Assembly: GCA_951406725.2 (NCBI GenBank)
Contig: OX597816.1
Coordinates: 8,308,001 to 8,372,000, forward strand
DNA from: Octopus vulgaris
Taxonomy: Eukaryota
DNA: 64,000 bases
Reading direction: 5' to 3'
Positions within the stretch are counted from its first letter, which is position 1. Each line of letters opens with the position of its first letter. Made by a program: the position numbers and the translations under genes. This document shows, piece after piece, positions 1-12,700 of the stretch. The notes beneath the pieces are model-generated. The model made no database searches and was not told where the DNA came from. It saw nothing but the letters and a program-made list of their open reading frames with translations.

Positions 1-291
1 TTTAAATCCACATGATTTCGCGGTGTGGCAAAGAGGACCGAAAGAGTAAATAACAGGCTTAAAATAAAGAACTAGTGTCCATTCCATCGATTGGACCCTT
101 GGAGGCAGTGCTCCAGCATGGCCGCAGTCCAATAACTGAAACAAGAGTCAAAAAGCATATTTATAATATGCGTATGTGTGTTAGTGTACATACACTCACA
201 CACATACTATATATATATATATAATTATAAATACAGAGAGAGGGGGGGGCTTCAATATTATATGTACATATGTCTTATGTATATATGCATA

Positions 292-480
<189 letters not shown>

Positions 481-1573
481 ATATGTTTCTTTATTAGCCA
501 CACAGGGCTGCACACAGATAGAACAAATTACAAGGTAGAGCTTTTCTTTTGAAGGTTTAAAAAAAAAAAAAAAAAAAAGGATGGGGGAGTTTCGATCAAA
601 AGGGATCGTAAAAGGAGAGAAAGAGGACAAAAAAAGGGGGGTTAAAAAAAGGGGGAGAGGAAAAAAAAATTGATCAATAGGGATCGTTATCACAGAAATG
701 TCAATATGAAGTGTAAAGGGGAGGACAGGTGAGGTTTACCCGTGGAAAGAAAAGCCTACGGAAAAGACCACGGTAACCTCGGTCAATGAAGTCACATTTT
801 ATATTTCTTTTTTTTTTTTTTTTGCAAATAAGCAACTCTCTGTTTTCGATTTCTGGGTTCATAGGACTATGCTCAAGGTGGCTTCGTCATTCATACGTGC
901 CATTCTTGCTACATTCACCCATCTTTTTTAAAACATTCGCTAGACAAAACTTGCCTCTCTACTCTCACTTTCCTTTTCAAGTGGTACTTGAAGAAGTTGA
1001 TGAGAGATTGACCAGAGAGGAAAGTGTTTGTCTCCAATCCTTTCAGACGCGTCCACCAGATACATTCTTTCGCCATAGCCACAAGGATGATGAAAATAGC
1101 TCTTCCTTCCCGTTTGAAGGAAGGAGGCGTGACAATATTGACGATAGACTCAGCTGATAAACCGACTCGTCCCACACGTGACAGCAGTTGTTCGACATAA
1201 GCCCACAGGTCGGAAATTGTTGGACACTGAACGAGTGCGTGCAGAACGGTTTCGTCGCTCTGACCGCATCTCGGGCAGGTCGGCCCCGTGTTTCTCGAGC
1301 CGTGTCTGTAGAGCTTATCCCGAACGGGTAGCGCTTCTCGGTAGCACTGCCAGGCCAGGGATCTCTGGAAGTTGTCCATGGGCCCTGGCCCGAAAGTCGT
1401 CCTGAACAGGCGGGTCAGGTACTCCTCGTCGACGTCCAGGTTCGCCCCGAGCTCGTCGTCGTAACTCCCCTCCACTAAACCCCTATAGAATGCTTTGGTT
1501 GTGTTGAAGTCACTTAAGGTCGACCCAGGACGGCAGAGTTGCTTGAGAGCAACGCGACACTCGCGGTGCCATT
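481..1573 (-). mobile_element. 5'-truncated Tx1/L1-group LINE (ORF2 C-terminus with CCHC zf-RVT, plus 3'UTR)
   Basis: Open minus-strand frame with LAWQCYREALPVRDKL and CPRCGQSDETVLHALVQC; AATAAA near 3' end; taggtaaata at both ends (474-483, 1574-1583). Confidence 0.88.
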
Positions 1574-1580
1574 TAGGTAA

Positions 1581-1628
<48 letters not shown>

Positions 1629-1632
1629 GTAA

Positions 1633-1688
<56 letters not shown>

Positions 1689-1696
1689 GTAGGTAA

Positions 1697-1754
<58 letters not shown>
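1574..1754 (+). repeat. (GATA)n microsatellite with GGTAAATA variant units
   Basis: Direct reading. Confidence 0.99.
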
Positions 1755-1755
<1 letters not shown>

Positions 1756-1988
1756 CCATAAACGCACACGTACTTAGAGATGCATATATATAAATATATA
1801 TATATATACATATATTATATTCGTACTTATACCTTTCTCTATATATTTAAATATAATATATATACGTGTGTATGTGTATATATATATATATGTGTGTGTG
1901 TATATATGTATGTATGTATATACACACATACATGCACACACACAGACGCACACATATATGTATGAATGTATGTATGTATTTTTATGTA

Positions 1989-2039
<51 letters not shown>

Positions 2040-2074
2040 TTATGCTATTAATAGATCCCGAAAAAGCCATGTAA

Positions 2075-2470
2075 AAACTGCGTCAATATCAACAAAGAGC
2101 ACCTGGTGCTGTAAAAACCTAGCGTTCTTAGAGACAAGTCACCCCATCGGTACCTCCCAAAATAGCAGTTACGATCATCGAGCGCCATCTACATCCGCTT
2201 TGGTTATTTTATTTTATTTGCTTGTTTGTTTTTATTGTTGTTTTGTTGTTGTTGTTTTTTTTTCCCCCAGCGCGGTGTCATGGCTTCGTCTATGAATGCC
2301 TCCAACGACGAAGACGACGCTTTTGTCTACATTTTCGACAGAAGAAACGGAGCTTCGCCAGAAATCAAACTGCACACGGGTGGACTGTTCACTTTCGAAG
2401 ACTTCAAAGTTAAAGTGAAAGAGGTGAGTGCCTTTTGGGCGGCGGACGCATCGCATTTTCGTGTGCGAGG
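2075..2470 (+). promoter_or_regulatory. CpG-enriched 5' region around SMCHD1 coding exon 1 (putative promoter or 5'UTR)
   Basis: Many undepleted CpGs in unique sequence between microsatellite blocks; TSS not determinable. Confidence 0.4.
2280..2423 (+). CDS. SMCHD1: SMCHD1 coding exon 1 (MASSMNAS...VYIFDRR...KVKE)
   Basis: ATG at 2280, donor gtgagt at 2424; VYIFDRR matches human VYLFDRR. Confidence 0.88.
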
Positions 2471-5400
2471 TCACCAGTTTTGTTTTACTCTCTCTTTACT
2501 ATACAATGTGTGTTGTATGTATGTTGTGGAGGAGAAGGAGAACTGCGAGTGGCAAGAAGAAGAGACTACGGCAGCACCTAACTTATTGTTCTCGACAAAC
2601 TCTTACTACATACATACACTAGCAAGCAGCCTATCTATCCATATATAATATATAACATATATATACACCATATATATATACGATATGTGTGTGTGTGGTG
2701 TATATTTCCTGCAAAGTGTTCAACTTCTGCTGGCCAGGCTTGTATTATTATAAGCTGGATGTTTTAATATAGTAAAAGATGGACTTAGGTGTGTTAATGG
2801 TCGTTTCCTTTAATATCCCACCACACAATTCAGTAGTCGTTCAGTACACGCGCACACACACACATATATATATATTCTTACATACATACATGCATACACA
2901 TATATATATATACATGCACACATATATATATACATGCACACACACATATATATATATATATATACATACATGCACACATATATATATATATATATACATA
3001 CACACACACACACATATATATATACATACATGCACACATATATATATACATGCATGCACACACACATATATATATACATGCATGCACACACACACACACA
3101 TATATACATACATGCACACACACATATATATATATACATACTTGCACACACACACATATCTATTATATTGTGTATATGCGTGTGGTGTCGAGTCTATATA
3201 TATGTGTGTGTGTATGTATATTTCACTATTTTCACTGTGTGTGTAATATATTGCAGATGTTATTACCAACAAAATTACGTGTGTCTATGTATTTTTATGT
3301 GTTTATTTGTATGCATTTAGGTACATATATATAATACGTCTATATATGAAATGTATATATATATATATATAACGTGTGTGTGTGTGTGGGAAAGTTTTCT
3401 GGGCCCAGGACACGTCCGCCTCATCAAATGTTTGGAAACAAAACTATATTTTTTCCGAGAGAACATGTGATGAGGCGAACGTGTCCAGCACCCGCGGAAC
3501 CTGACTCGAATTTGTTATTAAATAAATCTTAACTCCAAACAAATGTGTTGAATGCCACTTCCTTTCGCTTGCTCACTCACTCACTCACTCGTGTGTTGTT
3601 TGTGTGTATATTATATATATACACACGCGCGTTTTATTCATAACTATGTTTAATATAGATATGTGTGTCTGTGTGGATTTATATGCATACACACTATTTA
3701 TTTATAACTATGTTATATATATATATATATGTCAGTGTGTGTGTGTATATGTATATATATATACATTTTGTATTGACTGTCGGGAAATAGTATTTAGTGC
3801 CATAGTAGATATTGATAATATATTTTATTTTGATCGAGTCAGTCTCTTGCTAGTCAGAATTTTACTTGTGGGTGCACAGGGTCTTCAGGCAAGGTGTACG
3901 TGTGTGTGTGTGTGTGTATGTATATATATATATGTGTGTGTGTGTATTTATATATATATATGTGTGTGTGTGTGTATTTATATATATATATGTGTGTGTG
4001 TGTATATTTATGTATATGTGTGTATGTGTGTGTGTGTATATATATATGTGTGTATGTGTATATTTATATATATATATGTGTGTGTGTGTATTTATATATA
4101 TATGTGTGTGTGTATGTTGGTGTAGGAGGTCAGTTGGGATAAGATAATCCAGGCGTTTGCCTTAAGACTATGCATACGTCGTGGGCCTGTATAAATCGCT
4201 ATCGTCTAAACCATGCTGGTATGGCACACAGACCGAAACATCCCATTATTAGATCCACCTTGTCAACCTTCCTCCATTACCTTGTTGTCTCCTTCTTCCT
4301 TCACGCCACCCCCTGGCACTACTCTTCCCTTCTCCCCTACTCCCATTCCCAATACTTTTATCCCCTCTGTTAATATCTCCATTTCCTGCCTCTCAATAAA
4401 TCTATTATTACTTCCTCCATGGTTGCTCTCATTTACTTTGTAAACTACAAGGCAACCCCCAACGGTGCTGGAATCACAAACCAGTAAGTACACTTTTTGT
4501 AAAGTGATTGGTTTTAGGGAGGGTATCCAGCCATAGAAACAAATGCCAATAAGGAGACATTGGAGCAAGATGGTGTTTTTTCCGACCTGTTGAATCTTCT
4601 GTGTCCAACCCATGCCAGCATGGCAAGCAGAGTTAAAATGATGATGGTGATACGTATATAGGAATATGTGTGCATGTTTATGTTTGCATGCACATGTGTA
4701 TTATATGTGCATGGATGAGCGAGCAGGAACATGGAGTTGTGAAGTCCGTTCAGTTGTGACGAGGATGTGACAACTCTCTGGAGCTGGCAGCACAAAAAAA
4801 TTTTTTAAATACACGCAGTACACTTTGTAAAGTGGTTGGTGTTAGGATGGAAGTCCAGTCATGGAAACCATACCAAAAAATGAAATGCAAACAAGACAAG
4901 GACCTCTGTCACACTTAGGTAAGCAGAGACATCCAACCCATTTCACCAAGGACAACAGACAAAAATGATGATGTTTACATACATGCATACACATATATAT
5001 ATATGTGTGTGTGTAGCACTGCATCTCCTCACTTCTCCACACTGTCCTATCATTCTCTCTCTCTCACTAAACCCCTGACATGCCTTTTCCCTCTTATGAC
5101 CCTCTTCTTTAACACTGTCTCTGTTATCGTATCCCCTATCATCTTCTCTCAGCAATAAACATGTCTCACTCTTTATAAGAACTGTCTTGGACCCTGATAA
5201 ACCACCCAAACCGTGCTAGCATGGCCCATGCTATCCTTGGGATCACCTACACAACCCATCGCCATTATCATTCCCCTCCCTCTATTTTCACTAATAATCC
5301 CTCTGTCTCCTCCTTCACTCGCACGCCAACACTGTTCCCTCTGTTATTCTCTCCTCTCGTAACAAATCTGTTACATCAATCATGCTATTAATTTGGGGGA

Positions 5401-6649
5401 AAAAAGTGAGAAATAGTCTGCAATTGAACCATTTCATGATTTGTTGACCATTTCTCACAGTAGATTTTGGTCCCCACTCCCAATCAGTAGCATACACCTA
5501 CTGCTATATAAATCATTCATAAATTAGACTAGCACCATAGTGGATAGCCTAAGTTGCATATTTGTCTTTTAACAGCTCATATATGTATTATCATCATCGT
5601 CATTGTCGTTTAACATCCGTTTTCCATGCTGGCATGGGTTGGATGGTTTGACTGAGGGCTGGCGAACCAGATGGCTGCACCAGACTCCTGTCTGATCTAG
5701 AAAAATTTCTACATCTAGATACCTTTCCTAGCACCAACCACTCCAAGAATGTAGTGGGTGCTTTTAAGTGCCACCAGCATGGGACCAATAAGCTGGCTAC
5801 GCTCAAATGGTGCTTTTTACATGACACCTGCACAGGTGCCAATCAGACGGTACTATCATAGGCTACGATGACAACTTCACTTGACTCAACAGTTACTGTC
5901 TCACGGTTACTGTCTCACTTGGCTTCCCAGTTTTTCTCAAGCACTGCATATCTCCAAAGGTTTTGGTCACTTGTCATCGCCTCTGTGAAGCCCAACGTTC
6001 GAAAGTCGTGCTTCACCACCTCATCCCAGGTCTTCCTAGATCTACCATTACCACAGGTTCCCTCTACTGCTAAGATGTGACACTTTTTCACACAGCTGTC
6101 CTCATCCATATGCAATACATGACCATATCAGCGCAGTTATCTCTCTTGCACACCACACTGATGCTTAGGTCCAACTTTTCTCTCAGGGCACTTACACTCT
6201 GTCATGTATGCACACTGACATTACACATCCAGTGGAGCATACTGGCATCATTCCTTGCATGCTTACTTAAGTCCTCAGCAGTCATGGCCCATGTTTCACT
6301 GCCATGTAGCATGACTTTGCCCAGGCTATTCTTATTCTAGCAGCTACACTCTCAGTATGTTTGTGAATATAGTATATCATCATTGTTATTTAATGTCTGC
6401 TTTCCATGCTGGTATGAGTTGGACAATTTAACAGGAGCAGGCTAGGCAGAAGATTGCACCAGACTTCGCTGTCTGTTTTGGCATGGTTTTTGCAGCTAGA
6501 AGACCATCCTATCACCATCCTCTCCACAGAGTGGACTGAGTGCTTTTTGTGTGGCACTAGCACAAGTGAAGTCAGTTTAGGCATGGTTTTTTTACAGCTG
6601 GATGGCCTTCCAAATGCCATGTATGTATGTATTTGTGTGAATACACACA

Positions 6650-6724
<75 letters not shown>

Positions 6725-9700
6725 ACCTGAATTTCTTCTAGAATTAGTGGAGAAATTTCAAGTATGGAAGCAAGGACTGAAATCAAAGGGCCTTAGAATG
6801 TAAAAAAGGTGTAGGTAGAAATTCTATATCATGTATTGAGCGTGATTGTTACCAGTGTCACCTTACTGGCACTTGTGCCAGTGGCACGTGAAAAACTACA
6901 ATTCAAGCATGATAGTTACCTGCGTCACCTTACTGGCACTTGTGCGGGTAGCACATGAAAAACAACATTCAAGCGAGGTCGTTGCCAGTGCCACTGGACT
7001 GGCTCCTGTGCAGGTGGCACATAAAAAGCACCATTTGAGTGTGGCTGTTGCCAGTACCACCTGACTGGCCCCCGTGCCGGTGGTACGTAAAAGACCCACT
7101 ACATTCTTGGAGTGGTTGGCATTAGGAAGGGCATCAAGCTGTAGAAACTCTACCAGATCAGATTGGAGCCTGGTGCAGCCATCTGGTTCGCCAGTCCTCA
7201 ATCAAACTGTCCAACCCATTCCAGCATGGAAAGCGGACGTTAAACAATGATGATGATGTATCCAGTGTAAGTTATGGATACATAAGTGGTGCAGTGGAAT
7301 TGCAGAAAGATTAACAGAAAATGTAGTCTTTGTGTGGCAGATGTGCAGAAACAATAAACACTAAAAACGTGCAAGGAAATCCTTAGTAGTTGTTGATAGT
7401 TTCTGTTACCTAGCTGGCCAAATTAGCAGTGGTGGAGGATGCTCTGAAAGCATAGATGCTGGGAAAAGAACTGGCTGTGCAAAGTTCAGAGTGTTGATAA
7501 CAGAGGGCCTCTCCTTCATAGTGAAAGGCAGATTTTATGATGATGATGTATGGACAACTCTACTACATGGTTGTGAATGCGGGGGACATGCAGAGGTTTA
7601 AAAGATGATGATGAAGCTGGCATACTCTGTTGAATATGAAATGTCAGGGTGCATGTATGACAAAGTGTAAATATTTTGAGAGAAAAATTTGGTATAAGAG
7701 TCATCAGATGTCGTGTGCAAGAGAGATGACTGCACAAGGTATGGTCATGTGATGTGTATGGATGAAGACAGCTACATAAAGAAGAGCTATGTGGATGGAA
7801 CGTCTGGAAGAGGAAGACATAGGGCAAAGTGGGGGGAAATAGTCTTCAGATGCTGAGTCTCACAGAGGAAATAGTAAAGGTGCAAGACAATTTGCTCTGC
7901 TTGGGAAAACCTATTGAGCTAAGTACAATTGAGGCCCTTAAGGCATGTCCTTTGTGTCTATCTGTTTATCCCCCCCACTCCTTGTGCACACAATCTGTCC
8001 CCTGACAAACCACTTCCCCATCATGTAATAGAAGATAGACATTACATGATGCTGATGATGTACATGCAATACAGGCATAACCGTGGCTGTTTGGTTAAGA
8101 ACTTTGCTTCTCAATCAAATGGTTTCAAGTTCAGTCCCATTGCATGGCACCTTGAGTAACTGCTTTCTACTGTAACTCAGCGCCAATCAAAGCTTCATCG
8201 GTGGTTTTGGTAGATGGAAACTGGAAAGGAGCCCATCGTGTGTTGCATGTTTGTATCTCTTTGCCTTAACATTACATCTTAGCTGTAAACGAGTGTCACT
8301 GTCATAAAAGCAGTATTATTCATTTCCAGTACTCTGTAAGAACATGTCTGACCATGGGGCAATACTACTTTGCTTGGAAGGGTATCCAGTAAGGGCATCC
8401 AGCTGTAAAAAAATTTTGCCTCAGTAAACACACTAAACCATCCAACTCCTGCCAGCATGGAAAAGTGGACATGAAAATTATGATGAGGATACACATACTT
8501 GTGTGTGTTTCTGTATCATCTTACAGAAACTACATCTTCAGGCAGGAAGGTGTAGTTTGGAAGGGAGTGATTGGCAACAGCAGAGGTGGGCAAAGGATGG
8601 GTGACAGCATTAAGGTAAGAGTAGGTGATGGGTGGCAAAAGAGGAGGCCTAGAGGAGGAGAGAGAGTGAAGGGCAAAGCTACTTTGTATTGGGTTGAGAT
8701 GCAGGGGTAATCTAGTACAGTATGTTATATAAAGATCTATGAAGAGTGATTGTGGACAACACAGGTGGTAGAGAGGTGGGGTGCTCTGTAAGAAGAGTGG
8801 GCAATAAGGAAGAGAGTGTCTAAGCACAAGGTGAGAAGGAAAGCAGATTGTATACTTGAAAGGGTACAAAAATATCTCAACACCAACCCTCATATCAGAG
8901 GTACATTTTGTCAAGGGTGGTCAGGTCTCCTGCTATTTCATGCACTGCTAATCACTAGTCTTTTGTCATCTCCTCTCTGATATGCAGCATTTTCAGATCA
9001 GTTTTCACTGTTTTGTCCCAAGTTTACCTTGGCCTCCTTCTTCAAGGTTCCAGTTACTTTGAGTGCTTGACCCACTTTATACTGTTGTCTTCTTCCATAC
9101 AATCACATCTGTCCATCATCTACTTTACACCTGAGTCCTCTTAAATCCAGTTTCTCTCTCGGCTTATGTACTCCGTTGTTCATACACACAAACATTACAC
9201 AACCATCAGCAAGTTTGCTCCCTTTTCTTTCTAGTCTTCGCAAGTTTTCTGCATTAAAGGGTCACATTCTACTAACATGCAGTATCCCTGTTCTAACACA
9301 AGTGTCATGCAATCTGTCCCCCACTTTGATGAATAACATCGTTGTTGCCAACAGAGGTAAAAGCCTCCTGAACTTTTTCCAACTCATTCTTATCCTGGTT
9401 CTCTACTTTCTCAACATCCAACTTCCTTATGATTTATGTTGCCTAGGTTACAGAAGATACCAACAATGAGTACTAAACCAGTCAGTCATGCGGGCAGGTC
9501 TTTCCAGTGCTCTAATGCCTATTTCTTTTAGCTCTAGTGAATCTATCACATACAAAGCTAGCCTGCATGTGGTTTGACTACGTCTATTATATGTCCAAAG
9601 CTTACTTTGTGTATGACATGGGAAGCTCCTACCTACTCCTTCCCTGCATATCAACTAAGGCCATTTCTCTGAGGAGACCAATATCCTGTCTTTCTTACTC

Positions 9701-12700
9701 ACTGACACATTAGACTTTTCTAAGTTTACCTTCAGGACTCTTGCTTCCAGATTTTGCTTCTCTACATGGAATTTCTTCTCTAATTCTTCTGTAGATTCAA
9801 CCATACAAACCAGATCATCAGCATATAGGAGTCTCCATAGACAGTTGGTCTTGAACTACTCTCCAATGGCCCTATAAGACTACGGATGAGGACAGAACCT
9901 CAATGGTCTCCTGTCTTCATGCTAAATTAATTGCTGAACTTATTGGGACTCTGACTCTCACTTTACTAACTCTACCCATATAGATAGACTGTGCAACCCT
10001 TACAAACCATTCATCACCTAAATGCAGTGAACATGCTCATTATTTAAACATGTCATACACTTCCTTGGGGAAAATAATAAGGATTATGGTGAAAGCAAAG
10101 GGTAGCCATTTTGAAATTTTTCCTTAGCCTAAACCTAAAACGTTTTTATTATAATGATAAAATGAATAATGCTAAATATTAACCCCCTTGTTTTGGCATC
10201 CGTGTCGGTGGCACGTGAAAAGCACCGACCAATCGTGACCGTTTGTCAGCCTCCTCTGGCCTCTGTGCCAGTGGCATGTAAAAAGCACCCACTACAGTCA
10301 CGGAGTGGTTGGCGTTAGGAAGGGCATCCAGCTGTAGAAACACTGCCAGATCAGACTGGAGCCTGGTGCAGCCTCCTGGCCTCCCAGACCCCGGTCAAAC
10401 CCATGCTAGCATGGAAAATGGACGTTAAACGATGATGATGATGACTTATGCCATACCTGGTATACTTAGTTTGCTTAGTGACCACCAGATTACTGAGCAC
10501 AGCTTCCCAGATATGGTGTCTTTTTCTTTGCTAAGTACTTCTGCTGTTATCTCACCACATTTATAGCAAACTATGTTGTTCACAAACTAATCCCTTAAGC
10601 ACACAACCACACTGATGTCTTACCCTTAGCTAAGTACAACTCCTGCAGTTGCCTCAGTAGGTGTCTCTGGTACCTTTTCCTAGTATAAACCTCAAACTGC
10701 ATTTCACCTGAGTTAACTCTGTTCCTGATCAGTTGTGCTATGTCCTTTCCTTTCTAACCTGATCCACCAATTTCAAGTCTCTCCAATTTCCTCTGTGCCG
10801 CTGGACTGGCTCCTGTGCAGGTGGCACATAAAAAGCACCACTTGGGCGTGGCCGTTGCCAGTACCACCAAACTGGCCCTCATGCCGGTGGCATGTAAAAG
10901 CACCCACTACACTCTGGGAGTGGTTGGCGTTAGGAAGGGCATTCAGTTGTAGAAACTCTGCCAGATCAGATTGGAGTCTGGTTCGCCGGGCCTCAGTCAA
11001 ATCATCCAACCCATGCTAGCATGAAAAGCGGACATTAAATTATGATGGTGATGATGATGATGACAGTGTCTCCTTTGCCATGGTAACTGTTTACAGTGAT
11101 ACTGCTACACCAGTCATTTGGTATGACACCTTCCTGTATTACCTGATTAACTGTTTGGGTGATTAATATGTATCCTACCCCAGCACATATCTTGAGCACC
11201 ACAATGTCTATACTCAATGGGTTGGCAGCTTTCCCTACCTCCATACTTTTTTTTCACAATCAGACTCTTTAATCTACCCTACTTTGGTGATTTGAATTGT
11301 TGGTTCCCCTGTTGAGTTAACATGAGGTAGCCCCCTCTTTATTCCTTGTATTCTACTTGTTCACCAAACCTCTCACAAAAGTACTTCCATGTTTCTTTAT
11401 CATCAGCACAAAGGGTAGGTGTACCTCTATCCTCCCCCCCCCCCCATTGGTGTCTCGGTTGTGTCTTCTGACACAATGTCTTGCAGTCCTCAACACCTCA
11501 TGCATCTCATCCTCACATCACCAAACATATCAGTCTCTTCTCCTCTTCTTCCTCTAGCTAAGAGTACTCGACACCTAGATTTCTTTTTAGCCACCTGGTA
11601 GTGCTCACTACTTCTACCTTCCTTCCCGACTTTGGAAGGTTTGCCTTATAGCTTTCACAGCTCTTTCTACTAAAGTCATCCTACCATCGCATCACCTTTA
11701 GACTGCCCTGAACTTTGCACAAGCTACACACCTAATCTATTCTCCTGAGCAGGTTGTCCTGTAGGACCTCCCTGGTGTCTTCTATGTTTTAGGTATCTAA
11801 CTCTTCCACCACACATACCATAAATCCTCGAGTATAATCCGCATTTTCCCCCCAAAATTTAAAGGTCAAAATCCCTAGTACGTACTATATACGAGATTAA
11901 AAATGAAAAATATTTTCTAAGCAATGTCCGAGTCTCTATTTGTTGTCCGGCAATGTTTATTCAGATGCATTTCGTGATGTTGGGAGCGAAAATACCTTAA
12001 GTTAAGCCTGAAGGCAATGAAGTCATAAAAGAATCATCCATAACTTGCAATAAGCAACACTTATTAAACGTTATTATTGTTATTTCTTTCATCATCATCA
12101 TCATCGTTTATTTTCTGCAAACAAAATGCACAAAAAAGCTACATGTTTGCATTATGTTATATATACAATAATAATAAAGGACGTTACTGTATACATTTTT
12201 ACAAACCAATGATGTTATATAGACCTCCTTTACTCAAGTTAGAGAAGGGGTGCGTATTATACACAAGGTTTAGGTTTTCCAGAGGTACAGTCCCCTAAAA
12301 GTCCCCTGCGTATTATACTCGAGGATTTACGGTTTGCATCAATTAGAATTTCTCTAAATCTATGGCTAACTGCAGGTCCTTTTAGCTTCCATGCCTTTCT
12401 ACTTTTTATCAACATTCGTCTCTGAGCCATCCCAGTTTCAACTCTGAAGTCACCACAAATCTATGTTGATTAGTGTGTCCTTCACCAGGAAAGGTTTCGG
12501 TACTTGCAATGGTGGCCTATCAGTTTCTTTCCTGGTGAGACTTGCACGTTTGGCTGACCAACTGATTTCTTGAAGTGCATCTTGCAAATTTTTAAGTTGA
12601 TTACATCACAGAACTCCAGGAACTCCTGAGTTCTTTGAACCCTAGCCATAGCTTCTATGAACATCACAGATGTTAACTAACATGGTTGTTAAAGTCATCC

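Larger units (their letters stand above)
1780..4120. repeat. Compound (TA)/(TG)/(CA) microsatellite fields (about 1780-2040, 2845-3160, 3895-4115)
   Basis: Direct reading; source of the low-complexity ORFs. Confidence 0.95.

Noticed and set aside
2424-2648. Continuation of the exon 1 ORF to 2648
   Set aside because: Similarity to SMCHD1 stops at the gtgagt donor; the remainder is intronic read-through.
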